DNA of 64,000 nt from contig OZ365116.1 in assembly GCA_977030845.1 (NCBI GenBank), positions 22,010,001 through 22,074,000 on the forward strand, in the 5' to 3' direction. A program made the position numbers and the translations under genes. Positions 22,786 through 36,423 of the stretch are shown here, piece after piece; position 1 is the stretch's first letter, and the number at the start of each line of letters is the position of its first letter. This DNA is from Fimbriosthenelais zetlandica. Lineage: Eukaryota. The notes beneath the pieces are model-generated. The model searched no databases. It saw only the letters and a list, made by a program, of their open reading frames with translations, and had not been told where the DNA came from.

Positions 22786-25700
22786 ACAGACAACATTATA
22801 GCTTATAACCGTGAGTAGCATTGCTAAACTCATAATGATAAACATTGGATTTAATCCTTTCCAGTCAGAAACAAATCTAAAGCAATCCACCACGTCCGCA
22901 GGCATGGCGAATATAAATGCTAATCTAATGCCTGCAGACTAAGATGTATGTCCTTGAGGAAATATTGGCTATAATCAATATGCATTTCTCCCTGAATCTC
23001 AATGTAGTGTGCCGCTTTTTGTTAGCCATACTGAGATAACATTGACTGTTCTGCAGGCAATAACATTGTGTCTTTCACTACTCCTGTCATTAATTTGATC
23101 CCACAGGGGTATCGTCTGTGAAGTATTCTGCTTGATTTGAATTTTTCATTTCCTTCTCCTGATGAGTTGATGCCTACATATGATGTTTAATGATGATGAT
23201 GAGGCCGTCTTTCAATTCTTCTTTTAATGTGACTTGTGTGGGGAGTTGTTCTTGGGGGGCGTGGAGAACAACAATGGTGAATGAATGGCCTGGGGCGACC
23301 ACTCATTGAACCTGATTTAAAGAGCTTTCATCTTCATGCTGCTAATTATGTCGATCACTGTGAAGTGAAATAATCACAAATGATGATATATTGGCAGGCC
23401 AGGGGCCGACTTCTGAAGGCTTATCCAAGGGCAGGCATTCTGCCCCCTTATAGCCTAGTATTTATGTAGTACCAGTGGCTTGGGCAATTGCAGTACAACT
23501 TGAGCGCTTTTGCTTATGCGCATGGGTGCACAATATGTATGGTAAAATCTCAAGAAAACACTGATCTTTTGTAGTTCAGAATCTTGTAGGAACTACTCAG
23601 TTATGTGTAAGCATTGTGGGAGTGCTGCAATTAGTATGAAAAATAATATAACTTTTCTTGATGAATTACTGCCACGCTGGTCTAAAACTCCACTGAACAT
23701 CAGATTGATTTGGATTCATTATTGAAATGAACTGATACGGAGCTGATAAATGGAGGAAGGATAAAGGGAATGATTGATATGATGGATGAAGATAAATGAT
23801 GACAATGAGGACTGGTTGAGCCGGAGAAAAAATGTCTGTTTTGATCAGGAGTTTATTGGCTAGGATATAATAAAAACAAAAATGCTCAAAACTGCTCAAA
23901 TGAAGGACCTCTCAATCTGATACTGTCTGATCAGACCGATCCATGTTGAGCATCATTGATGCATGGCCTATCAATCTCACTTGCCCTTTACACGTTCACA
24001 TTTTTCTCTGTTTGAGTGACATTGGATGATCAGCAGTAGTTATCTGCGTACATTTTGTCAGGAATCAATGCTTTGGATGTGATGTAATGGCCTCGCGGGG
24101 CGCTCTTCAGTTATTCAGATCACTCATCAATTAATGGCTTATTGGAATTACTTTAGATAAGCGAGTGAACGCCTGGGTGACCGCTGTCTATAACTAGGAG
24201 TCATCCAGGCGTAACATTTCTCTTTTTCTCGGCACACCATTGATTGACTCATTGACTCCTGCAGAGCACAAAGCCTGGAGGCCGGGCCTGTGGCAGCCCC
24301 GTGCTGGAGCCAGCTGTACAACCATACTTGTCCATCTGTATACTGCCCAGTGTCCACCCCACACGTCACCCTGCCCTCCCCCTATTCAGCCTTTGACCAA
24401 AGAAAGGTTGACTCTCAGAGGCCATTCACTCCCAGCCCTCAGGGCCCTCTGGGTCAGCTCCCCCACATAGGACTGCTCTAATTGATTAACATGCACCAAG
24501 TGCCTGCTTTTCCCACTGTGACAGGACCTATTGGACTGTAATTTCTCATCTCTCTCTCTTGGTTTTCTTGTGTATATATTTTTTGACCTTTTCCAACAGA
24601 GTATACACACATGGTCATCAAAGACAAGGTTTGAAGTTGCTTTCATCTTGTGTGACCTTTGGCAGATGGGTTTTGTGGACACAAGGGTTATTAACTACTC
24701 CTTGCCGGAGACACACACAAGGGCTTTACATTTGGAAACTGTGGGCCTCAGTCCGGTACAGGCTGTAGGAAACAGTCTTGGTTGCTCCCCAGCCCCCGAT
24801 AACTTTCAAAACAATATATTGGGCTCTTTTCAGGGTGATATTGGGGACCATTTTCTGGGTACGAAGGTACTGAACCGCCTGCTCAAGACGGCTTCGACTG
24901 TACTTTTCACCTATGTTGGGCTCAGCTAAACCGCCTTCCTTGGAGGAAAGGCGGTGGAGCAGAGCCCAAAATTCAGTCCCCCTGTACTTTTCATACGCCA
25001 CCCTCTCCTTAATACATAGGACTAATGTTCCACCCGTCTTTAGGCCCTGGAAACAAGATGAGCCAGATGGCCACAAAAGCTAACCATAAACCAGGCTGGG
25101 CCATATTTCAAAGTCTATTTTATTATGAGTTTTTAAATTGTGCCACTATAATGCTAGCTGCTAATCAAATTTTGAATAATAAAATTGGATGGAGTAATGA
25201 GTTAATTGGCTGTCATTAGATGTCATGCTTGGCCACACTTTGGAGGTAGTTTATTGTCTGTGTCAATGCTGTCACAACCCCATCCCCAGCACCAAGTGGC
25301 CTAACCCAATTGACGATCTCCCAGGCTGATGGCATTGGATTTGTCAGCGGAAAAAACATCCACCCAATTTGATCACACACCTCATAGGAGTCTTGAAATT
25401 TCTATTCTCTGTTGAGTTCTTCATCGATGCAGATTAGGCTTTAAAGCACCAGAATTAAACCCTGGTTTTCTCTGTTTATAATGACTAACTTTCTGTACTT
25501 GCTATTGCTCTACTGGACTTGGCAGTCAGCATGCAGTCACCGTGCCAGACATATAGCTGAAGCACAAAGTTACCCATGTTCCCGTCCTGTACAGAGCTGC
25601 ACTCCTTATTTTGTGATAAATATTTGCCCTCCATGTTGGAGGGGGGATTGCCCGTGTGTTTGGTCTCGACCCATTTGGAGATGATGAGATTAGTGGAGGG

Positions 25701-28700
25701 TTTGAGGGGCGGGGGAGTTTTGGCCTGGCGGATTAACTCCGAGCTGCTCCTTCTGAGCCTGATCCTAAAGACCGGGGCTTTCTACTGGTGGTAGGATCAA
25801 AGCTGGGTTAGAGGAAAGTCTCAGTGTAAGATCGATGGCTACCACCCAAGCTATAGTCTCATCCCTGCCTTCACAAAATGTCACAGTGTGGTGACCTTAC
25901 CATTAAAATCACTCCCTATACCTCGACATGCAGCGACACCGTTAACCCTTCATGAACGTGAAAGTGTACAAACTTACCCCGATCAGGCGCCACCTGAAAA
26001 AATAAAACTTGACACCGAAGATGGGTTTTAGGCTACCAGGGCATTTTTTTGCAAATACTGTGGGATCCATATTTTTTTAGTCAATAAACCTATCAGACAC
26101 GAACATCACTTATGGAATGACGTGCGCTCGGTCAATAAACCGCAGTTCCAAATAGTATTGACCATTTTCCCCACTGTTAAATCACTTTTGGGAAAAAGTC
26201 CACGTGGTTGAAAATGTTCTGTACTTTTCAGCATTTCATCAATAATGACTATTTCAAGAATAAAGCCAATGACTTGATGACGATTTGTCATGGGATGGGC
26301 AAACATTGATTGATCATATAAATACTGCACAAGCATGAAACATGTGCGTGTAAAGAGTGGCATCATCACCAAGTCAGATATAATCACAGGCTCTTCCTCT
26401 ATCATATAATTACATCTACCATGCAAGTCTATCGTAAACTTCCTAAATACAATCTTAATCCTAGGCGTAATGCTTACACAACCAATTAGGTCCCTGATAA
26501 ACTGATTGATTATTGAAAAAGTGTTCCAATGCAAGAAACTGGACAGAAGAAAACCATTAAGCCAAGGATGCAGTTCGTCTGGATTGCGCAACTGCAACAC
26601 ATTCAAGCAAAATAAAGCAAATAGTGAAGAGATTTAGACATGTATACAGTACGGCGTTAATTGAATTTCATTCACAGCTTTTGAAGCAATATTTAAAGTT
26701 TGGATGAGGAGTTATATTTCCGTGGAAGGCAGGGGGGACTGTATTTATTGGGAGATTCACCAGAGTTGCAGTAATTGTGTCATATTATACTTGGTTTGGT
26801 GAAGTTTGTTTGGGATGTGCTCATACAGCCAGCTGCCCATCCATCATACCGCAGCGAGCACCATATGGCGTGCTATAGCTTTATCCATGCCTCCACCACT
26901 GTGTCATATTTACTCAGTTTTTATGACTTGTTCCTGAATATTGATTTGCCACTTTCGCTCCAACCATTATCTTTTTGCATTCAGAAATCATTAAAACCGT
27001 ACAGTACTTTCACTCTCAGCAGTTCTCATGGAAGTCTGCTAAAACAGAAATCTCTCTTTCTTTCTCGCTGTCCGCTCGTCTCCTCTTCTTAAAGTGCCAC
27101 CACAAAATCTATATAAATGCCAAAAACCTCTGAGGTACAATAACTTTCCTGTATAAAAACGTCGGCATGATATTTGTGAAGAGAGCAGAACGTTTCCTTG
27201 CTTGAACCCTCTGCTCCTATCAGCACCATGAATAAACCAATACATGCCTCCTCTGAGGCAGTGGATAAAAACTTAATGCTACCTTTCCTTGCAGAGCAAT
27301 TAGAGTGCTAAATTGATTAATTAGTTCGATACAGTAGATGATAAAAATGCACATAATATGTCCTGTGTGTGTCTTGGGATGCACTTGTCATTACCTTTGC
27401 ATAATATGTTGTAATCAATTTATTATCCCCCAGTCGCCAGCCATGGGACATTCATAAATTGCTTGGAGAGAAAAAAATGATGCTGTATATATAATTTGTC
27501 AGTGTTGTATATGTAATAGAGGTGGCAACCTTGGCTGACAACTGGGAAGGCAAGCATGGGTGGCCACATCTTAATTTATACATTGATCTGTTCTGCGCTT
27601 TAATATATTCATAAAGTTATTCACCTAGCTGAGCAGTCTGGTAGACAGGGCTAAGCTTACAGGGCTGTATGGACCTTCCGTGTGGGCTTCTCTTGTATAA
27701 ATGATGAGTCCAAGTTGGGAGGCATATTGATAGAAAGATCAACTATATGCTGTTGCTAGAAGCATTGGTTCAAAGCAGTGCTAACAAAAGGGCCAACAAT
27801 TAGATTGGCTGATAGAGCGGGGAAGGTGGCTCCAAGTTACAAGCCCGTCTGGGAATATGTATGTACATGTATTGTAAATCATACATGATCACCAATATAT
27901 CGTCAGATCTGATCTGAATATACACATGTATATTGGTGAAATGATACTTTATTGCTGAATGATTTGACTATATTTTGTTGTTGTCAGGTTTACCATTCAG
28001 CCGTATTGTTGGTTAAAGCCGCAGCTGTTTTGAGATAGCATGTTGCCTTCCCTTACTCCTTTATCATGATGAACATGTTTGAATAGAAGCTTAGATAACC
28101 ATACGTTATACATCCATATGATGATGAGGTGAGGAGATGGGGGAGGATGCCTTATCAGCTTTATACCACCACCCATTGACACCCGGATACCATCATGCAT
28201 ACATCACCGCCGTCTGTCCCACCCGCCCCATTCTACCCATGGCCCCTCAGTGATCCCACTTCTAAAGAAAACCAGTGCCTTAACAAAGTCAGTGCATTGT
28301 TGAGGAAGGGGAGTATAAGGAAGCGGAGTGTCTTTCATCATGGAGTGGACACCTCCAATCACGCCAGGTTAAAGCGCGCTGTAATTCCTCGTCTGCTTGC
28401 CATTCATCTCCTCTTCTCACCACTTTCCATCACAGGGCGCTCACTAAAGGGTCCGCAGCGCCCAGCAATCGCCCGGCTCCACTCTTTGTTCCCTTCATGA
28501 GGGAGAGACCTTGAGGCCCTTACATGATGAGATTAGCTAGTGTGAGTAACCAAGTTTGTGTGTGACTTGTACCAAGTAAATGGCATCATGGTAGATTTAG
28601 TAGAAGGATGGGTGCTGAGAGTTGGGTTTGTTTATGAGGTATTGCATTGGAGGCAATGCAACCCACAACAGGTCATGCCTACATGGCCCCCTCCCCCAAC

Positions 28701-31700
28701 CCCCACCCTCCCAAAAACCACATTCACAGAAAAAAACCCAACCCCTAAAAATAAGAAAAAATTCCACACTGGTTATTATACGTTAAGATAACTGTAGAAA
28801 CAAATAGTACTCTACCATCCAAACACTTGAATGGAAGCACCTGATGCTATTTAGATGTAAATATACGAGTCAACAGCATCCACTTGATGGCTGTGTGGTC
28901 CTCCTCCCCCTTTCAGGTGATGTTGGAGAAACCCAGTACTTAGAGAATACAGTGAAGATGAGACATATGTTCAAAGAGGTTCGTTCAATAGCTGATGAAA
29001 ACTATTGACATGTTTTATAGTCACCCTTGCAGGCTTAGCGAGATAAGTCCCAACCTCCATCAACCACTCAAAGTACTATCCTTTAAAGCAGGAATGCTTC
29101 CATAAAGGATTTACGATACACAAAAGAAAATGCTGGTTTATTCTAGCCCCAAAGATATTCATCATGACCATTACTCTGCCAGCCCTAATGCACCCATCAA
29201 TGCTCTGAGAAATATTGATATTGGTCGTGTGCAACCAAATTATGCCGGGCCCGCCTCACCACCGCCTCACCCACCTAATCCCATTATTGATATATACGCC
29301 AATTTTCTTCACAAAGCCACCCTGCCCATTTATAAAAGCCTAGCTGGGGAAAAGCAGGGGAAAAACTTAGCCATGGCCGTTTTTCTTCATCACAAAGTCA
29401 AAGCCTAATGATAGATGATGAGGCATAGCAATGTGAACATGGTCGTGCAGAATGCTCTATTGACGGGGGGAGAACAATGGAAGCATAGAGGACAATCAAT
29501 ATGTACACTTTGATCACATGAGTAGACGGCCATCATAATTCACCCACACATGTTGTAATTACTGCTTCTTTCAGCTGCCATGTCTGACCCACGATCTCCA
29601 CCATTATAAGATCCCAGTCCATACACACTGGGTCTACAGCTTTTATTATAGCCTTAAAGAACACGTAGTAGAAAGCATTTTAAGATAGGGACTTTTTATG
29701 ACATTGTTTAGTGGCCACGAGTTATGGATCCTAGCACGGCATAAAAATACCCCTCCTCAGCTTTTTCTTCCAGGCATTTTCTTATTGATGGTCATTGATT
29801 AAAATTCTCACGTTGTTAAGATGTCATTGATTTGCTTGGGACATGGAAAAAGCCCTGCCTATTACACCAATAGCATTCTTTTTTCAACGCCACATTTAAT
29901 AAAGTGGTGTCTTTTATTTTCTTGTCTATGTCTTCACATTGCATATGATTATCACTGCCACTTGCTGCTTGATGTGAAGAATAAGTCTTATCTTTTAAAT
30001 GCAGCCATTATATCGGTATGTCACATAGACCACTGCCACTCTATTGACCAAATATTGATTGCATTGACTATCAGTGTATGTCAGGACTGCTGGAGTAGAT
30101 TTTTATATATGTTAAAAACAAAGAACGAGTATGTCTGAGGCGAAAAAAGTTTGCCTACACACCCACCTCCTGAAATATGAGTCTTATTGAGACTATATGT
30201 TGTCTATAGACTCTGGCTGGCTCAATTCATCAAGTGTCTTGACTTGGACAGCATCTCCTCTTGTTAACATGCCCTCTAGTCAGCCCCAGGTCTGTCTTAA
30301 TCATGGACATAACCTTTATGTTGACGAGAACAGATCAGCCTTCTCTGGGTGTTCACCCGGCTATTATAACCAGTTTGGACGGCACCCATCTACAACTGAA
30401 ACCGGTGGCCACTGGTGCTCTCATGGGTGTCCAAGCACACCATGACTCCACTACATCACTCTGACTTAGACGGATGTTCTTACACTCTCATTGTTCTATA
30501 TGTACATTGAATTCACGAGAGACAGTATTAGGTTATCCTAATGTAATAATACTGCCTCTATAGAAATCATGGCTTCCATTGAAAACTGGAAGTGAAAAGG
30601 GAGATACAATGTTTTAAGGGCTCCTCTTAAACCTCTTTAAATTGGATCTCTCTCAGAAGATTCAGTTCCCCAGGAGGTACTCTGGGGTTTCACAGAATCC
30701 AGCACAAAGAGATGATCGATTTCCTTTGCTGAAACAAGGATCGAAGACACCACAGTTGATGATGACTACCCGAGACGAAGACGACAGACTGATCCAACTC
30801 AATGTAATGATTTCTTAAAGACATTTGTCTTGTCTGAGGAGTGAAAGCTATCCACCGGCCTCGCAAAGTCAGGCCAAGTCCACACTTACAAAGCAGAACC
30901 TTTTCTTTTATGTATACTCGGTAAAGATTCATTGCAAAGGGGCAGGCATAATTCCATTGTCATTCTCGGTTTCCTTGTCAATGTCTCTGCGTCGTAACGG
31001 AGCAGAAAAGGCACTGGTAGGAATTGATTCATTCATGTTGGGGGAAGTAGCCAGGAAACAATGGCTACCCCTTTGACTTTCTAAGTACAACCAGATCTAT
31101 AGACCTCTGCTTCACTAAGCCCTCTGCTATTTGGTTGTTGGAAAAAATATACTATAAAAGTAAATTATGGAAGTCTCGGCTCTAGTGGGAGTCACCCTGG
31201 TGAGATGGGTCCAGGCTGATACCATCGATTACCTTGTGACTTTAGTGCCAAATAATGTTTCACACAGCCCTGAAAAATTATAACAAAGAATGAAATAATT
31301 TTCTGGGGACACGCCCATATAAGACTTGAAGTGTCTCTATTTGGCTATCATTTATATTGGTTGAACCTTATTCGACTCGTCCCATATGATAAGTGAATGA
31401 GCCCAGTGCCCATCTTCAATCTACAAGTTCCCCTGGTCTCCCACTCTGTACTTTCTAACCCCCTGCCAACCTTGTCTCGTTACGCCATGGGTAATTCATG
31501 ACCCATGTTCAGATCACTCCTTCTTTCTCTCTCTCCTCATCTTCATCATCCTCCAGTATTGCAGGCTAACACCCGCCGTGTTAAGCTTTCACAAGCTTTG
31601 AAGTAGTGAGAGCCCCAGTCTCACTCCTGGCGGGCTTGTCACCTGAAAGTGTGCATCTCCCACTCTCACACCTGTACTGGATGATTAAAGCACCTGTACC

Positions 31701-34522
31701 AGCAAAGGAAGCCACTTTTGGGTACTTTGTCACAGTGCTTTAGGCCAACTAAACTTCTCTGCTTCAGTTCACACAGAGACTTATTGATGTCGTGAGGAAT
31801 AAGCTGCAATATCAGCTCCAATTCTGCTTATAGACTCCCCAAAAAAAACGTCCCCTTCTGGCCATAAAATAAGTACAATGGCTTTATCATACTACACTTT
31901 GTGTCATTTCTTTCTTTATTCTGATTCCTTTCAAAACATGAAAGGAATTCTAACTGATATAATGGATTTTGTAGTGCTCAATGCCATGCCATCTTTTCTC
32001 TTCTAACCTCAACAGCCAAATATAGATGCCTGCTTTGCTATTCGTTGAAACTAACTGGGAGCGAGCCAGCGGGGGGTCTGAGACACATAATAGACTGAAA
32101 TGGATAGAATGTTTTCCCTGCTGCCTAGAGCGTCCAGCAATGGCGTGTCTGCTAATGGCAAAAGCTGGACTTTGCCACTTTTCCAGACCACTGAAGGCTT
32201 AACAATGACTGATTATGACAATCGCTCATTGCTTGATAACACGGCCGGCTACTGCGCTGTCGGGCGAAAGGCCACTGTACTAGTGGGAGGAAAAATGGTG
32301 AGACAGGAAAAAATAGTAACCAGTCAACTCTGCCACCAGGGAAAAAACATTGGTTAAAGAAAAAAACATTTGACCCTGCTTATAGCTTATATGGCTGTCT
32401 TATTTACTGAAGCCAGGGAGAATAATGAGAGTGATCAATAAGAGGTGCGTATTGATCAGCCTGGTCCCTTATTGATATAGCCTGGGTAATTGTATTAAAA
32501 CTCCCTATTGATTCCACAACCCTCCTGGGTTGTCCCCACTATTAGGCCTTCCTCCAGGAGTCACAGACCTTTCATTGGTAGATCAGGTAGCAGCTGGTAG
32601 CTATTGACCGTCCGACTAACCTTATACTCCCCTCAGACTCTAGACCTTTCGTCCTTATACATCAGCTCTCAGAGCCCCACCACCACCATCCACCTACCCA
32701 TAGCCCAAGGCATCAAAGGCAATTTAATCATTTAATTAAGTTTTTTTAGCCTGGTCCCTAAATTAACTCATTCAGTGATGGCTTGAGTACACTCGGTTGG
32801 ATCATGCATGTAATGCATAATAGAGCAGGCCTCGTTTGGCTTGGCCTCCACCCCTGACGGCCCGTGATGCTGTCAGCCTGTCATCTAGATGCGATGGATA
32901 CACTGTTTAATGTGGTTTGCCTCCTTACAATCAAGTCCCTCACACCAGATTTCATTGTCCTCATTATACAAACAGCTGCTCTTCATTAAAGGTAATTTAT
33001 GCCTTAAGAAAGTTGCTTGACTTGGCTTCCGAAGGTTATATTCACTTTTAATCTTGTATTGCCAATGGAAGTACTGAAAAATGGCCATGCATTAACGTTT
33101 ATTTAGGGGTAAAAACTAGTCTTTGATATGGCTAGCAGAAGTAGAATTAGACACAGGAAGTGTCGACTCCATATTCAGCTAATTATCCTGATAGTTCCAG
33201 CTCGCTCAAATGGCACCTCGTGCATACTTATAGACCTAATTATCCTCCTCAAATCAATCAATCCCTTGTTTTTAAACCCGGGCCAGTATTATCGTGTTGA
33301 TTAGTGCCCTTGCTGGGAAACCTAGACAAAATACAAGCTGTGATGCATGGGGAGCTGCAGGTGGGGTGTGAAATATGGGCCTTCACCATTTGTCTCTCCC
33401 CTCAGCATGACAATGATCAAAGTAGTTTAGTTAGTTAGGTCTGAGTGATTGAGAGACCTGGCCTACTGCCCCCTCCTCCACCAAACTCTCTCACCCACCC
33501 ATGAGTGATGTGTAGGCTGATTACGTCACGTTCACCATTGACATAGTGACGTGATTCATGCTATGCCAGGTTCAGAGGTGGTCTCTCAGCCTCTAATAAG
33601 CCCCTCCACTGCCGTGTGTGATGCTCACTAATAGACCATACCACATTCCTGGCATAGGACACCAAAAATCCCCAAACAGACTATGCAGCCATCTTGGTTG
33701 AACTTTTGTAATGCAACAGGCACATTAATGCTACAAGCAATGTTTCTTATGATAATTGAAACTTCATAAAAGATTCATATGAACTTATAGCTGCTAGGAC
33801 ATCAGCAGATTTTTAATCCCAATTGTCTCTCTGTTTCACGTAGAATAATAAAGTGAATGGCCAACATCAAAATAAGAGAGATTGCTGAAGGGCATGTAAA
33901 ATAACCAGTAGAGGTAGAAGCATGTGCTTTAATCCTATTACACATTAAATATTGAAGATTCAGCTTTGTTCCTCATGGCTTTGATTACTTGCTGTTGTAG
34001 TAGTTTCCTGTGACAGGAACTTGTGGTTTGAAACAGCTAGGTGATCCTATAAACATCTGTCATTGAATGTAGAATGATTGCTCATGAATTCAAAATCTCC
34101 ATCAGGTTTTGCATGGCTTTATATTGCAGCTGTCTACTGATGGTTTTTGATCGAACTCTACCACGAGATTGATCTAGTTTTCATTTTGATGAGGTTTTAG
34201 CTGTAGTCAATTGATTTCATTCTCCATGTTTGGAGAGAAATTTAATCTGCGAACCTTATTTGTAGGATGAATGACCAAAATGAAAACATCTTCAAAACAC
34301 ACTCACTCATTCATTCTTTGTCAGGATTTCCCATCATCTAATAAATACCTGCTTTTCAGTTAAAATCCATTATTGCAGCCTATCAGAAGCCAGCAGAATG
34401 TAATGGAGAGTGATCTGTGTTTGAGTCTATTTGAAATCGTCCAGAACTGGCTTCTGTTCCAGACAGTTCCCAAGAGTTCCATCACACTATCTGATTCATA
34501 CTGAACTGATAAAAGAAACAAA

Positions 34523-34586
34523 TCAGCTAGAGTTCTTAAACCTCTCAGCTAGAGTTCTTAAACCCAAAGCTCTAAGTTACTAAACT
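34523..34586 (+). repeat. 22-bp-period tandem repeat (2 exact 20-bp cores plus a degenerate third)
   Basis: TCAGCTAGAGTTCTTAAACC at 34523 and 34545. Confidence 0.85.
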
Positions 34587-35323
34587 TGCGATACATCGGA
34601 ATATGTAGCACCAGCTTTGTTCTTGTTTTCGAACTCTCAAGTTTATCAACTATCATCTGTACTTTTTACACTGTTTCTCATCTGTAACTGCTCTGTTACT
34701 GTTGAAAACTACTTAGAAACACTCATGTTTAATGCAAATGTGAGGACCCTGGCTCAATTATGACCCCCACCACCAATTTCTGACCTCTCTACAGTTGGCT
34801 GGTTACACTTGGACACCTCCTGGGATGTGGGTTGAAGTCAACTCTCCTCCACCCCCTACCATTCATCTATTGCTGCAGATTCACTTCCTAACCTGCCTCC
34901 AGGCTTCAAGGACGTCAATAGCAATTACCACAACTTATGACGGACTCGTTGAACTGCAACGGTGAAGCCAGGCAGCATGGAACTGATTTGAATAAATCAA
35001 TGGATATGGGCAACAGTAGGAAAATGAACCATCTAGCATATAATTCACATTTATATGGCACAATACAGGCACAATGTATGTGTATTTGTTCCATGTTTTG
35101 TGTAACAGCTTAAGTTCCATTTAATGATTCAGTTTGATGGACATTTGTAAGTAATTGACCTACTTATGAACTCTCACAATTTGAAAGTACAAAGTGAGAT
35201 TATCACTTGAGGTCCCTATACAATCTGGATCAGTGGAAGGGAATGCTTTTTGGGAAGCCCTTAGACAGCCTGGCTTCCCATACTATTCAGTTCTGGCAAA
35301 TCGTGTAAACATTTTCTCGGTTG

Positions 35324-36423
35324 AACTAGAATCTGTAGACGCTAACGCGTCATGTGGAAGCCCATATGTATAATGTATATTATAATTCGTCAACGGCGTT
35401 TAATTAGAAAAGTGGTTAATGTACAATGATGTTGTTCAAATGGTATTATAATAAGTGATTTTAATGTTCCCATGTCAATATGACATCATTATGTCTCAAA
35501 ACAGGAGTTGTTAGTTTTTTTACACAAACTTGAGAAGATTATTACACAACTAGCATATCCCTCGCAATAGCATATTTTCCTAACATGACCTACATTTTCA
35601 AAGCCCCTTTAAGATATGTTCTACTCAACCCGAAATTTGTTTGTCCAAAGCGTCAATCATGAAATGAAGCTACGTGATTGGATGACCTGAAAAGCTAGGA
35701 GGCGTGGCCAAGTTTAGGCGCAGGAGCCCCCTTGAAAAAAAGGCGGGAAAACTAACGGACCCTGGGGAGCAGACTTTGAGTGAGAGGTCGCAGCCTGGGA
35801 AGAGATCGCTGGCGGCGACGCATCCTGGATACGCGTCGTCAACCTTAGCAACGCTAGCGACGTAACGTCGTGTCAAGTGGTGGGAGCGGAGAGGACCGTG
35901 GGAAAGATCACTGGGTGGGGGGCGCATCCTGGATACGCGTCGTCAACGCTTAGCAACGCTAATGACGTAACGTCGTCGTGTAAAGTGGTCGCGGTGGAGA
36001 GGGACGTGGGGCTAGTCGATTGGCTAGTTACTACTAGTTACTAACTTTATCTGGTCCCTTTAAGAGATTGTTTTCCAGACATAACACTTGAGTTGGAGAC
36101 CTGTCTGAATGATATATCAACTTTGATAGACTTGGAGCCTGATTAGAATGACTCGCCAGAAACAACCTAATGTTGGTGCCTTTAAGAGAATCTGATGATA
36201 TGCCATTTACTCCCCATTTATTGCCATAACTCAGACTTGATCATCTCCTCATGTACCCTGTATACCCTTAACTCAAATATTCATGAGTGGTTAGTCATCT
36301 CATGACTTTGATTGGGATTTTGTGGCTGAGCAGTCATTATTTTATTATTGCTCAAGGCCTAGATTCTACAATATTATGAAATTGGACTTCCACATGACGC
36401 GTTAGCGCCTACAGATTTTAGTT
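35324..36423. mobile_element. Non-autonomous DNA transposon (MITE-like) with 41-bp terminal inverted repeats
   Basis: Left 35324-35364 AACTAGAATCTGTAGACGCTAACGCGTCATGTGGAAGCCCA matches the reverse complement of 36383-36423 (AACTAAAATCTGTAGGCGCTAACGCGTCATGTGGAAGTCCA) at 38/41 positions, and all three differences are transitions. There is no transposase ORF inside and no perfect target-site duplication. Confidence 0.7.
35797..36007 (+). repeat. Two tandem copies of a ~103-108-bp CpG-rich unit inside the TIR element
   Basis: Units 35797-35899 and 35900-36007 share CGCATCCTGGATACGCGTCGTCAAC, TTAGCAACGCTA, GACGTAACGTCG and AAGTGG...GGAGAGG. Confidence 0.92.

Noticed and set aside
24822-24837. GGCTCTTTTCAGGGTG, similar to the histone 3' stem-loop
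   Set aside because: The terminal CC is missing, which breaks the stem, and there is no histone CDS upstream.
26230-26270. IVIIDEM Walker-B-like motif in the 166-aa ORF
   Set aside because: No Walker A or other helicase/ATPase motifs in the ORF.
30695-30830. + frame TRDEDDRLIQL resembling a Myb repeat start
   Set aside because: The conserved Trp is absent and the frame stops a few codons later.
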